DNA of 64,000 nt from an uncultured virus (IMG/VR IMGVR_UViG_3300021306_000185) (IMGVR_UViG_3300021306_000185); one strand, 5' to 3'. Shown: positions 31,124-41,614, numbered from the stretch's first letter. Numbers and translations are program-made. The notes: generated from the letters alone by a model not told the origin.

Positions 31124-31728
31124 TGGCGATAGGAGTAAAGGCATCAGCATCGTTAGGTTCGTTGAGTCTTGCCATGTCGGCAATACTCAACGGATCGTGT
31201 ACTAAAGATTACATACTCGAACTTGTCGCTTTGGAAACAAGTGGCAAAAGCCGCACAGAGAAGGTGAATAGAACAATTCGACGCATGACCGTAAATAATC
31301 AGCTATTACCTTTCATAAAAGAGCATTCACACGAGTTTCTTGCCAATAGCATTCAAGGGACTAACAAAACCGCAGTATATACTGCTCTTATGTGCGCTGC
31401 ATATCCGCTATTCTATGACCTTGTGACACTGCTTGGAAAACATTTTCACGTACAAGACGAAGTACCAACAAGTCTTATAATAGCGAAACTTAGCGAGAAG
31501 TACGGCTCAAGTGTCGATAGTACTATTGGTTTCAATAGTGCCATAAAGATGTTGGTTGAGGCTGGCCTTATAACACGTCCTGAAACAGGCATATATAAAG
31601 CTTGCAGACTGTCTGGCCTCTCAGATTTTAGCCTCTCATTCTACAAGAAAGCCTTTCTTGTCAATAATCCGACTTACAGCGAGTTGGACAATATTGAAAC
31701 TTATCCTTATTTTGAATTTATAAGCTAA
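31123..31728 (+). CDS. brxA: BrxA-like protein
   Basis: About 200 aa after pglZ; YPLFYD...LSEKYG winged-helix-like pattern. Confidence 0.55.
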   Translation: MAIGVKASASLGSLSLAMSAILNGSCTKDYILELVALETSGKSRTEKVNRTIRRMTVNNQLLPFIKEHSHEFLANSIQGTNKTAVYTALMCAAYPLFYDLVTLLGKHFHVQDEVPTSLIIAKLSEKYGSSVDSTIGFNSAIKMLVEAGLITRPETGIYKACRLSGLSDFSLSFYKKAFLVNNPTYSELDNIETYPYFEFIS

Positions 31729-31747
31729 CAGAACAAACATTCCAACT

Positions 31748-34672
31748 ATGGAGACACAGCGATTTGCAAATAAAGACGAAGTCAACGACTATATAGACTT
31801 CCTCGAAGCGAAAGGTAAGCCAGTGCCACAATGGGTGCTGGATGAGAAGGAACGCATTGAGATGGAGAATTCCATTCCTGAAGACGAGTACATCTTTGGG
31901 ACGATGAAGGCGAACAACAAGTTCATGACGGAAGAGAAGGAACAAGTTGTCCGCGAGATGGTCGATCAGCTGATGAAGGAAGATGAAACCGCTAAGCAAC
32001 CTTGCCTTTTGCTTGGTAAAGTGCAGTGCGGTAAGACCGATACCTTCCTTAGCATCATGGGGCTATGCTTCGATAGAGGAATTGACGTTGCAGTGGTTAT
32101 GACCAAAGGCACTAACACGTTGACGAAGCAGACCATACAGCGACTTAACAATGACTTCCGCTTCTTCAAGGATCAGCAGACCTATAACCAGAAAGTTATT
32201 ATTTCTGTTTGGGACATCCTTGACCTTGGCCATCGCGGTGGTCTCAGCGATTATCAGCTCAACAATCCAGCAAACAAGTTTATCATCGTTGTAAAAAAGG
32301 AGGATACCAACTTATCGTATCTCAATGCGATTTTCGAGAAGAGTGAACTTCTTCGTAGTAAGAAAGTTCTGGTTTGCGATGATGAGGCAGACTTTGCCAG
32401 CCGTAACTATTACAAGAGGAAGGGCGAACTATCACTGTTGAAGATAGCAGAGCACATTGAGAAGTTCATCACTCTGCCAACATACTGTCGATACTTGCAA
32501 ATAACAGCGACACCGTATTCTCTCTATTTGCAACCAGATGGTACGATACAGCTACGTAATGGAGAAGAGGCATCACCTTGGTTGCCTCGTTATACTGGCC
32601 TCGTACCGATTCACAACAGATACATTGGCGGTCGTCAGTACTATGAACTAAGCGAAGATGAGAATTCTATGTACAGCTGTCTTTACCAACCTGTAGACGA
32701 GGTCTGCATAGATGTTCTATCGGCAAGAAATGAGTGGTATTTGCAATCGAAAGCACACTCTGACAATCTTGACTCACTGAACTTTGCAATTGTCAGCTAT
32801 CTCTTTGCTACTGCTATTCGTAGTATACAGGTAAAGAAGAAGACCAACAAGAAATACTATTCAAGCTGTCTTATCCATTGCGAGATTTCAAAGAAGAATC
32901 ATGCCTGGCAGGAAAAACTCATCACAGAGATAATAGATGACATCAAGAATGCATTCTTGAATCAATCTAATTCAGACCTCCACATACTTGACTTGGAAAG
33001 AGATGCGTACGAGAGTTTCAAGTTGAGCAACGAGCTTGGCAACAAGTATGAACTCATCAGTGAGAAGTACCCGACGTTTGCCGAAGTTGAAGCAGAGGTT
33101 AAGCGTATCTTGGAGTACAATGACTACACCATCAATGTAGTCAATTCTGAGAATCCAGTTTCCACCATGCTAAACGAGAAAGGACAACTTCGTCTTGAAC
33201 AGGCCATGAATTTCTTCATAGGAGGCAACATCCTCGATCGCGGCATCACGATTGACAACATGCTCTGCTTCTTCTATGGACGTGACCCCAAGAAGTTCCA
33301 GATGGACACTGTTCTGCAACATGCACGTATGTATGGCGCACGAGACAAGGAAGACATGGCCTGCACTCGTTTCTTTACGACAGAAGCCATTTACAGTGTG
33401 CTCAAATCTATCAACAGCATCGATTCGATGATGTATGAGTACCTGAAAGCCCATCGCGATACCGTTCAGACAGATGACTTCACAAGCATGGTGATTGGTT
33501 ATGATAATCGCATCAATCCAAGTGCAGCTAACAAGTACACGCCTGCCAATACAAAGGTTATAAAACCGAAGCAGCGTATACTCCCCGTCGGTTTTCAAAC
33601 AGGAACATCTGAAGAAATATCTGATGCTGTTTCGCAGATTGAGAGACTCATCAAGTCATGTCCAGATTACGTCAACGTCAACGATGAAGAGCAATTCTTC
33701 CTCATGTCATACGAGACGGCTGTCGAAATCATCAATTTGATAGACAGTACATTCCGTTATGGCGAAGAATACGAGAATGTAGATTTCCTCTGGGACAAGA
33801 ACGAGATGCTGACCGCACTCGAACATTGTACGTTTGGCTCAGATGGTTTCATTTATTGCCTGCATCGTACAGGTCGTAACATGAGCCGTGAACGCCAAGA
33901 ATCAGCAACGAAAGGTAAACGTTGGATTGATTCTCCTGACGATGGTCACAGCGACACTGCCCCATCACGTGATAAGGCAGTAGACAGACCTGTACTTATG
34001 CTGCTTGGTCAGAATGGTGATGAAGCTAATGGCTGGCGCAATGCTCCGTTCTATTGGCCAGTCTTCGTAGTGCAGCAGAAGGTTAACGCAGGCATCTTCA
34101 CCATAAACGGCAACAAGAAGTTACGCGCTCCGCGTAAACAGATTACGATTGCACCTCCTGCGCCATATACGGAACAGGACATCCTTCGCCTGCCTATCAA
34201 GCAAGGATTCTTGTTCGACATTCTTGCAGGCATTAAGACAGAGGAGATAAGAGAAATAAAGCGAACGACTTGTTCTCTTTACCTTGCGAAAGACATCATG
34301 GGTAATTTCATCCTTGTCGATGAAGCAGATCCAGACAAGTACTACGACTTGAGTTCGTACAACGATGGAGTATTTCCGTATGAGGTTAAGCAGGTCAAGG
34401 CCCTCTATCTGCGAGCTTCGCAAGACTATAGTGGAAGTCAAGCGATTGTTGCTCTTAATTCTGACAGTCCTTACGAGCTTTTTCCAGATAGGTTTAACCA
34501 GTATGACGTAGTCTATTCAAGCAAGAATACTGGAGTAGACAAGATAGATGATAGCGTTTGCTGTTGGTACATTCAGTTCAATCTTGCAGACATTGTCAAG
34601 GTTGTACTTACACCTGAAGACGAAGAACTATTTGCTCAGTATAAGGCAAATTTAGAAAGCGAGAAAGAATAG
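31748..34672 (+). CDS. SF2-helicase-like Z1-domain protein with C-terminal ASCH/PUA-like domain
   Basis: GKVQCGKT, DDEAD, TATP, LDRGITI...DTVLQHARMYG; C-terminal LPIK...ILAGIKTEEIRE. Confidence 0.8.
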   Translation: METQRFANKDEVNDYIDFLEAKGKPVPQWVLDEKERIEMENSIPEDEYIFGTMKANNKFMTEEKEQVVREMVDQLMKEDETAKQPCLLLGKVQCGKTDTFLSIMGLCFDRGIDVAVVMTKGTNTLTKQTIQRLNNDFRFFKDQQTYNQKVIISVWDILDLGHRGGLSDYQLNNPANKFIIVVKKEDTNLSYLNAIFEKSELLRSKKVLVCDDEADFASRNYYKRKGELSLLKIAEHIEKFITLPTYCRYLQITATPYSLYLQPDGTIQLRNGEEASPWLPRYTGLVPIHNRYIGGRQYYELSEDENSMYSCLYQPVDEVCIDVLSARNEWYLQSKAHSDNLDSLNFAIVSYLFATAIRSIQVKKKTNKKYYSSCLIHCEISKKNHAWQEKLITEIIDDIKNAFLNQSNSDLHILDLERDAYESFKLSNELGNKYELISEKYPTFAEVEAEVKRILEYNDYTINVVNSENPVSTMLNEKGQLRLEQAMNFFIGGNILDRGITIDNMLCFFYGRDPKKFQMDTVLQHARMYGARDKEDMACTRFFTTEAIYSVLKSINSIDSMMYEYLKAHRDTVQTDDFTSMVIGYDNRINPSAANKYTPANTKVIKPKQRILPVGFQTGTSEEISDAVSQIERLIKSCPDYVNVNDEEQFFLMSYETAVEIINLIDSTFRYGEEYENVDFLWDKNEMLTALEHCTFGSDGFIYCLHRTGRNMSRERQESATKGKRWIDSPDDGHSDTAPSRDKAVDRPVLMLLGQNGDEANGWRNAPFYWPVFVVQQKVNAGIFTINGNKKLRAPRKQITIAPPAPYTEQDILRLPIKQGFLFDILAGIKTEEIREIKRTTCSLYLAKDIMGNFILVDEADPDKYYDLSSYNDGVFPYEVKQVKALYLRASQDYSGSQAIVALNSDSPYELFPDRFNQYDVVYSSKNTGVDKIDDSVCCWYIQFNLADIVKVVLTPEDEELFAQYKANLESEKE

Positions 34673-34678
34673 TCCATT

Positions 34679-35359
34679 ATGATTCCTACACTTGAGTATG
34701 TAAAGGCTAAGTTTAGCGAATTCAACGACTTATGTTTTGAAGGGAAGCTACCGTTGCTTCCCTTCAAACTTAGCAATGCACGAACGTTTCTTGGCCAAGT
34801 AAGATTTGTTAGAGATAAGAATCCCGACGGCACATGGCACTATTGTGGATTTCAGTTTGTCATAAGTACTAAACTTGATCTCCCAGAATCGCAAGTCGAG
34901 GATACGATAATCCATGAAATGATTCACTATTGGATTCTCTATAACCAGATGCAGGACAATGCACCTCATGGGGATTTGTTCTCCCAAAAGATGAAAGAAA
35001 TCAACATGAAGTTCAACAGGAATATTTCTGTAATCCATAATGTGACAAAAGAAGAGCACGATAATGATACCGAGACTCGCCAGCATCTCATTTGCGTTTC
35101 TCGTCTGAGAACAGGCAAGCGAGGTGTGACTGTTGCGACTAAGTCCTGTCTTTTCAAACTTTGGGACGAGATGCCAAGTTTTCCTAACATGGCTGAGCTA
35201 AAATGGGTTGTTTCGACAGATCCATTCTTCAATCGTTTCCCACGGGCAAATACTCCTAAGATTTATTTTGTCCCGTCAGAAGAACTTGAAGCGCACCTGA
35301 AAGACGCGAAAGAGCTGGTTAGAACGGGGAACAACATAAAGATTAAGGGAGTAGGCTAA
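34679..35359 (+). CDS. SprT-like zinc metalloprotease
   Basis: FNDLCFEGKL, HEMIH and HGDLF motifs. Confidence 0.88.
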   Translation: MIPTLEYVKAKFSEFNDLCFEGKLPLLPFKLSNARTFLGQVRFVRDKNPDGTWHYCGFQFVISTKLDLPESQVEDTIIHEMIHYWILYNQMQDNAPHGDLFSQKMKEINMKFNRNISVIHNVTKEEHDNDTETRQHLICVSRLRTGKRGVTVATKSCLFKLWDEMPSFPNMAELKWVVSTDPFFNRFPRANTPKIYFVPSEELEAHLKDAKELVRTGNNIKIKGVG

Positions 35360-35425
35360 AAGCATGGGTGTATTTATTTGAAGTAATATCCACCTGCTAT
35401 TATTTAGATAGAAGTCAACCAAAAT

Positions 35426-36334
35426 ATGTATACAATTTTCTTTTCTTGGCAATCGGATGTCAAAGAGAATTCAAATGACATTAGGAAAGCTCTAAAAGAC
35501 TATGCAAACCAAAATGAATTAGTAAATATTGATGAGGCCACTCGTAATTGTTCAGGCAGTCCCAATATACCGACAACAATTTTCAATAAGATAGGCAAAT
35601 GCGACATCTTTATTTGTGACCTAACAACTACTATCAAAAAAGGTGATGATTGTATTCCTAATCCCAATGTTTTAGTGGAGTTGGGTTATGCAGTAAAAAC
35701 TTTAGGATGGGAACGTATTGTGTGTTTTCTCAAAAAAGATGAATCTATAACTGATTATCCATTTGATATTAACCAGCAAAGGCTCTCACCTTATACAAAT
35801 CGCAATGAACTAAAAAAGATAGCTAAGACTGCTATTGATACTATAATCAACAACTACAATTCTATTTGTGATAGGTTCTATAAAGATTCTATTCAGTACA
35901 AGAATGAGTCAGTTTTCCAAAAATTAAACGGGATGCTCTCTGAAACAGAGTTATATGACATTATTCAGTATGTACCTACCAATCTATTTATTAGACATGA
36001 AGAGTACAAAAAAATGGACTCTATAATCGAGGCATTCAAATATGCTTCAAATAAGTTCTTAACAAATGAATTAAACTATTTATTTCAGCAATATATAGAT
36101 GCACTTCAGACTTTTGACTGTAAATGCATAACTTATTTGCGTCAGATAGTGTCAGTGAATGTAAAATACGAAGATAGATGCTGGAAGTATCCCGAATATG
36201 ATTATACGAAAGACTATCACGAACGATTAGCCTACGCCCAAAGCGAACTAACCAAACTATCAGAAACTGTTCGAGGTAAATACGAATTGTTTATACTCAA
36301 AAAGAGACAATATACAGTAGAAGCGAACGTTTAA
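35426..36334 (+). CDS. TIR-like domain protein
   Basis: IFFSWQSD, CDIFICD, NPNVLVELGYA, PFDI; AT-rich. Confidence 0.8.
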   Translation: MYTIFFSWQSDVKENSNDIRKALKDYANQNELVNIDEATRNCSGSPNIPTTIFNKIGKCDIFICDLTTTIKKGDDCIPNPNVLVELGYAVKTLGWERIVCFLKKDESITDYPFDINQQRLSPYTNRNELKKIAKTAIDTIINNYNSICDRFYKDSIQYKNESVFQKLNGMLSETELYDIIQYVPTNLFIRHEEYKKMDSIIEAFKYASNKFLTNELNYLFQQYIDALQTFDCKCITYLRQIVSVNVKYEDRCWKYPEYDYTKDYHERLAYAQSELTKLSETVRGKYELFILKKRQYTVEANV

Positions 36335-36448
36335 GTCAAGAGCAATTTATACTATTCTTTTATCACCAATCTCCACTAATCCTCACTAATCTATACATGC
36401 TCGCAGTGGGTTGCCTGCATCTTTGCCTTCACCAAGCGATAAGGCAAA

Positions 36449-37489
36449 ATGAACAGCAAGGCAATTATACTCATTGGGGCTATAGGGGCGTTGGCGGTCA
36501 TACTACTGAGGAAAGTCAGAGGGTATGCCGACATGGCGCAGCAGATTTCTTTCGTGCCGAAGGTCTACGACAAGCCGAAGATCAGTCTGTCGAAACTCAC
36601 CATACCCATCTGCATCGACATCACCAACCCAACCGCGGAGAAGGCAACTGTGACCGTTCTTCAAGGCTCGGCAATCATTGCAGGGCGTGAAGTCGCAAAA
36701 GTGGATGTGCCTGAGGAGGGAGCGACTGTTGTCATTTCGCCGAATAGCACAAGCAGACTCAAAGGACTGAGTATCGCTATACCAATCAACAACCTACTCA
36801 CCACAATTCTCGACAATCTCAATGACCTCATGAGCAAAGATTTCACGAAGGTCATTGCCAATACGTCGTTGCAGTTTGCTGTGACAGTCAACGGACTGGC
36901 AACTATCAGCGGCAACATGAGGTTTGACAAACAGACGTCGCTTGGTAGCCTTGGACTCACGGCATCGAGCAAACGAAGCATACGCCCACTTAGCGACTAC
37001 GCAGCGCTAATCCCACCACGCACAGAACTTCGCCGTGAAGACGCAATCAGAATGAGCAGCGCAGCGCCTGAGCAGACGGTCTTGTTTATGCACAAGGTGA
37101 TACGTGAGACGACAAGCGATACAGCACGTTTGGCACAGTCGCTACGTGCATCATCTCTACGAGAGACCCTTCAAAACATCTGGAACTTCGTCTATCAGCA
37201 TATCCAGTACGTACCTGACTCGGCTGTCATGGAGCAGGTTCGCAGACCATTGCGCACGCTCTACGACCAGAAAGGCGACTGCGATTGTTACGCTACGCTC
37301 ATAGGCAGCATACTTACAAACCTCGGCATTACATTCTCATTGCGCATAGCTAAGTACAATGGGCGTAGCTACTTCCAGCACGTCTATGTGGTCGTGCGCG
37401 ATGGCGACAAGGAACTCGTCGTTGACCCTGTTGTAGACAAGTGCTTCTACGAGAAGAAACCATCAGAGAAAAAGGATTTTCCGTGCTAA
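36449..37489 (+). CDS. N-terminal TM, LEA2-like beta-sandwich, transglutaminase-fold Cys enzyme; candidate maturation protease
   Basis: IWNFVYQHIQY..D, GDCDC, QHVYV and VDPV give a Cys-His-Asp triad. Confidence 0.75.
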   Translation: MNSKAIILIGAIGALAVILLRKVRGYADMAQQISFVPKVYDKPKISLSKLTIPICIDITNPTAEKATVTVLQGSAIIAGREVAKVDVPEEGATVVISPNSTSRLKGLSIAIPINNLLTTILDNLNDLMSKDFTKVIANTSLQFAVTVNGLATISGNMRFDKQTSLGSLGLTASSKRSIRPLSDYAALIPPRTELRREDAIRMSSAAPEQTVLFMHKVIRETTSDTARLAQSLRASSLRETLQNIWNFVYQHIQYVPDSAVMEQVRRPLRTLYDQKGDCDCYATLIGSILTNLGITFSLRIAKYNGRSYFQHVYVVVRDGDKELVVDPVVDKCFYEKKPSEKKDFPC

Positions 37490-37507
37490 CCACAACTAAG
37501 ACTCACT

Positions 37508-39841
37508 ATGCAACTTCAATATCTAAACGGCATAACATTAGGCGCAACGCAGACGCTCTTCGACAGTGTGCAGCATCAGTTACTGCATACAAGAGCGGAT
37601 GTTGACTCTGTCGTTGGCGGCTTTGACCTCGATAACTATGAAGGTCTCAATACCGCTAGCGACACAGAGAAGATCCGAGCATACCTAATACGAACAAAGA
37701 AAATAGCCGACCAATCGCCAGCACTCATTCAGTCAACGCGCAACCCAGAGACGTTCTCGCAAATGTGCGCTTACATACTTCATTATTGGGACTCATCAGA
37801 GCGTGAACAAGCAGCACTCTTGATGGCGCAAAAAGAACGACAGCTCTTTGCACATGGCATGATACGTCGTGTCGAGGGTGACGAGTTCGGCTCAGAGTTC
37901 TTCAAGGCGTTGTATATGATGCTGAGGCCGCAGAGCGAGATTGCAGGACTATGTGGAGCGGCCATACTAAGACGCGCCAAGAACAAGCTACGCAGCAGCA
38001 TACGTACAGCACGCCAAAACAACCAAGATACATCTTCTGCCATAGCAAGTACGATCCGCCGACACCGCAAGAGTCGTAGTGCGAACACTCCCAATCTGTC
38101 GGGCGTTGATGACCCTATGGACGAACTCACGCTCTGCGGTGTCGTGTACGGATTGGAAGACGAATACTATGGCGGCGATGAGACTAACAGACGTTATCTT
38201 ACTCGCTTGCATAACGCCATCGATGAAGCACCTACACTCTTCTTTCCGACAGAACGTGAAGCTCGTGCCGTAGTCAGTGGACTTGGTTCAGTGCTCGATT
38301 ACTGGGACAATAAGGAGTTGCGTGATATTGCACTAACGCAGGCGCAGAATAACCCTGCACTCACGCAGCAATCATCGGGACTCTTTGGTCGCTTACGCAA
38401 GGCATTCAAGAAAATCGGCAAAGGCATCAAGAAGGTGGCACAGACTGTTGGCAAGGGCGTTAAGACTGCGGCTCAGGCAGTAGCCAAAGGCGTCAAGTCG
38501 GCAGCCAAGGCAGTCGCGAAGATTACCAAGAAGATTGGCAAAAAGATAGCCAAAGTTGCGAAGAAGGTCGTCAAGTTCCTCATACGATTCAATCCTGTTA
38601 CGGCCATTATGCGAGCCATTCTATGTCTCTGCGCACGTTGCAATTGGTTCTCACTCGCGAGCAAATGCTATCCAGGCTCTTTGAGTGAAGCAGAGGCATT
38701 GAAAATCGGCATAAGCAAGGCTGACTACGAGAAGAAGTACAAGCCGTCGTATGCAAAGTTCAAGTCAGTCTTTGAAAAGATTGGCGGTAAGGAATCGAAA
38801 CTCAAATCGCGCCTAAAGACTGGCTACGGACGCAAGGCAAAAGGTGACCTGAATACGAGCATCACTAAATCAAGCCTAACTAAGCTATACGAGGAGGGCG
38901 AGAAAGATGCTAAGGAGGAAGTAGCCGACGAGAAAGCACAACTCAAGCAAGAAGGCGCAGTCGAGGACTCGACAGTGCCAGCAGGCGAGATCGTCAAGAC
39001 GCAAGTGACAGTCGAGGTGGCTGAGAACGCCATCACTACAACTGCTGCGGCATCGCTATACGAGTCAGCAACATCGACAAAAGTTCTCGCAAACATACCC
39101 GCAGGTACGTCACTTCTATATGATACGACAACCAATAACGCAACCTACTACAACGTCAACTACGGCGGTCAGAATGGCTATGTAAAGAAATCGCTCTGCC
39201 GTGCTGCGACCGATGCCGAGGCTCAGAAGTTACAGACGACCGACACAACTAAAACCGTAACCGTTGATGCTCCAGTTAGCGGATTGTTCGGTTTGGGCTA
39301 CGTAGAGCCAATGACACTCGCAGCGATAGCAGGAACAGTTTCAACAATCACAGGACTTGTTGCGAGTGTTGCCAAGGCCTTCGGCAAGGACAAGGCGGCA
39401 AGCGTGGCAGAGACCGTAAATACCACGACGAAACTTGCTCAGGGCATAGCAACGAACATCAAACAGGCGAAATCTGAGACTACGAGCAGTGCAGCAAAGA
39501 CGGATGCAAGCAAGAGTAAGGTCGCTACCATCCTCGACAAGGGCATGAAGATAGCCGATACCGTCAAGCAGATAACAGCCGACTTCGCACCAACGAAGCA
39601 GGTTGAGCCGACATACATATCGCCAGCGTCATCGACATCGCCATCTTCAGAGCCGTCATCAGTATCACCAATCAACCAAACACCTACAGAGACCGAGTCC
39701 GCCAGCAGTCAACCGCAAACAACAACCGCAAACACTTCGTTTAGCGTAGCTCTCGCGCCCGCAACGAAGAAGTATCTCATCATTGGCGGTGTAGCACTCG
39801 TTGGCGGACTCGCAGTCTTTGCTCTCACCCGAAAACGATAG
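37508..39841 (+). CDS. Multi-segment putative virion membrane/entry protein (basic amphipathic helix, SH3b-like domain, C-terminal TM)
   Basis: K/A-rich periodic helix, YYNVNYGGQNGYV, terminal hydrophobic helix. Confidence 0.6.
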   Translation: MQLQYLNGITLGATQTLFDSVQHQLLHTRADVDSVVGGFDLDNYEGLNTASDTEKIRAYLIRTKKIADQSPALIQSTRNPETFSQMCAYILHYWDSSEREQAALLMAQKERQLFAHGMIRRVEGDEFGSEFFKALYMMLRPQSEIAGLCGAAILRRAKNKLRSSIRTARQNNQDTSSAIASTIRRHRKSRSANTPNLSGVDDPMDELTLCGVVYGLEDEYYGGDETNRRYLTRLHNAIDEAPTLFFPTEREARAVVSGLGSVLDYWDNKELRDIALTQAQNNPALTQQSSGLFGRLRKAFKKIGKGIKKVAQTVGKGVKTAAQAVAKGVKSAAKAVAKITKKIGKKIAKVAKKVVKFLIRFNPVTAIMRAILCLCARCNWFSLASKCYPGSLSEAEALKIGISKADYEKKYKPSYAKFKSVFEKIGGKESKLKSRLKTGYGRKAKGDLNTSITKSSLTKLYEEGEKDAKEEVADEKAQLKQEGAVEDSTVPAGEIVKTQVTVEVAENAITTTAAASLYESATSTKVLANIPAGTSLLYDTTTNNATYYNVNYGGQNGYVKKSLCRAATDAEAQKLQTTDTTKTVTVDAPVSGLFGLGYVEPMTLAAIAGTVSTITGLVASVAKAFGKDKAASVAETVNTTTKLAQGIATNIKQAKSETTSSAAKTDASKSKVATILDKGMKIADTVKQITADFAPTKQVEPTYISPASSTSPSSEPSSVSPINQTPTETESASSQPQTTTANTSFSVALAPATKKYLIIGGVALVGGLAVFALTRKR

Positions 39842-39843
39842 AT

Positions 39844-40341
39844 ATGGCAAACATAACCACAGCATCGGCACTCAAGAATCTGGCATCAGTCGGCAAGCGC
39901 GTTGTAGCTACGAAGACCGATCCACTCAATCTGCGCCAAGCACCGACAACGTCGAGCCTCTCGCTACTACGCATTCCACGTGGTGCGACAGTGGATGTCC
40001 TCAACTGCACGACTACGAGCGGATGGACACCTGTGCGCTACAACACTACCGAGGGCTTCGTCTCGTCACAGTATCTTGCAATGCCGAGTACAACTCCGAC
40101 AGTCAAAGACACGCCACAGTCAGATGTCACATCTACAATAGTCACAAACCAACCATCTAACAACAACTCAATAATGGGCGAAAAAATCAAGAAATACGGC
40201 AAGTACGTCCTCATAGCGGCAGGCGTTGGCATCGTCGCTTTTGCGGGCTATAAGCTAATGAACAAGAGCAGCGGCGGCAGCTCCCGTAAGCGCAGTAAAT
40301 CGCTCAACGGCATCTCGCGCAAACCGCTCCGACTCAAGTAA
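39844..40341 (+). CDS. SH3b domain, TM helix and basic tail
   Basis: LNLRQAP...IPRG..V...GW..VRY...GFVSSQYL. Confidence 0.8.
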   Translation: MANITTASALKNLASVGKRVVATKTDPLNLRQAPTTSSLSLLRIPRGATVDVLNCTTTSGWTPVRYNTTEGFVSSQYLAMPSTTPTVKDTPQSDVTSTIVTNQPSNNNSIMGEKIKKYGKYVLIAAGVGIVAFAGYKLMNKSSGGSSRKRSKSLNGISRKPLRLK

Positions 40342-40367
40342 CCAAACCACTCAAACATCACAACAAC

Positions 40368-40874
40368 ATGGCAAAATCATCATTCACACGTGCCGTCAAC
40401 TCGGACAGTCTCAAGCGCATCGGTTGTATGCTGCTTGGCGTGGGTGTCGGGACGTTCATCAGCCGCAAACTATCTGACACCGTGCAGACATCGGGCGTGG
40501 ACGGCATCTCCAACTACGCCCACTACATCGGTCCAGCAGCCGTCGCCATAGCAGGTCTCATGGCGCATCAGTCGTCTAAGGACGGAATGCTTCGCGACGT
40601 GGCTCTCGGCGCTTCCATCTCGGGCGCATCGACAATCGTCAACAACGTCATCGGCAAGCAGGTCGTCTCTCTCAATGGCGACGTAGAACCGCTTCTCCCT
40701 GGCATGGGCGGCGACATCCCATTGCTTCCATCTGAGAACTATGCAGCCACTCACTACGAGGCAGAACCCGAGGACGCATCAGCCGAGGAAGTGCCCGTTG
40801 ACAACGTCGAAGGCATAGGCTCAGACCTCGCACCAGTTGACCTTTCGGGTATCGAAGAGGCAGCAATCGTGTAG
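40368..40874 (+). CDS. Membrane protein with acidic tail
   Basis: Two or three Gly-rich hydrophobic helices. Confidence 0.7.
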   Translation: MAKSSFTRAVNSDSLKRIGCMLLGVGVGTFISRKLSDTVQTSGVDGISNYAHYIGPAAVAIAGLMAHQSSKDGMLRDVALGASISGASTIVNNVIGKQVVSLNGDVEPLLPGMGGDIPLLPSENYAATHYEAEPEDASAEEVPVDNVEGIGSDLAPVDLSGIEEAAIV

Positions 40875-40918
40875 GTCGCAAACCGACAGAATAAATAACC
40901 ACAAAACCATCAATTCAA

Positions 40919-41560
40919 ATGGCAAAAACAGTAAACGTCAACGCCTCAGAGCAGGCAACAGTCATAGGCGGAAAGCTCGTCAAGAAGCATGGCTCAGTAG
41001 GTACTTACGACTCGTCCGCAAAGGTCGAGTTCGAGAGCCGTCTCGCGCTCCTCGACGAGGCAGTCGCAAAGGCCGTAGTCAATGGAAATCTCAAGATTGT
41101 AGACTACGAAATCTACTCCACCAAGTGTCTCAGCGAGTCAACCACTGTTGAGCTTATGGAATCAGCCGACCAAAAGAAAGTCGGTCTCCGAAACCTCAAT
41201 AAGCGTCAGCTTGAGGCCAACACCTACGCAGGCATTCAGTTCATTCAGATACTCTATTCCGAGTCGTCTGACACCGAGGATAAGGCGCGTGTAGCTACCG
41301 ATTGGAAGCCAATTAGCGACTCACTTCTCCGCAATGGCGAACTCGAAATCAAGCAGGGCGATAAGATCATCTATCCACGCAACTCCATGGAGTGCTTCTG
41401 CACCAAAGCCGATGCACAGCACGGACTTCAAGGCATGAAGCGACTGGAGAACATGAAGATTCTCGTTCCTCTCACCGACATCGTGCCGACGCTTTGGCTC
41501 CCAGCAGCTGCCAAGGGCGCAATCAAGATCGTCTTCAAAGGAGTCAAGAACAACGGCTAA
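40919..41560 (+). CDS. Candidate major capsid protein, single jelly-roll-like
   Basis: 213 aa soluble protein, N-terminal helices then about 8 alternating strands ending IKIVFKG; central in the operon; fold unverified. Confidence 0.45.
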   Translation: MAKTVNVNASEQATVIGGKLVKKHGSVGTYDSSAKVEFESRLALLDEAVAKAVVNGNLKIVDYEIYSTKCLSESTTVELMESADQKKVGLRNLNKRQLEANTYAGIQFIQILYSESSDTEDKARVATDWKPISDSLLRNGELEIKQGDKIIYPRNSMECFCTKADAQHGLQGMKRLENMKILVPLTDIVPTLWLPAAAKGAIKIVFKGVKNNG

Positions 41561-41614
41561 CAGGCATAGCCTGATTTAACTGTCAATTTTCAATTCTCAA
41601 TTTTCAATTGACCC

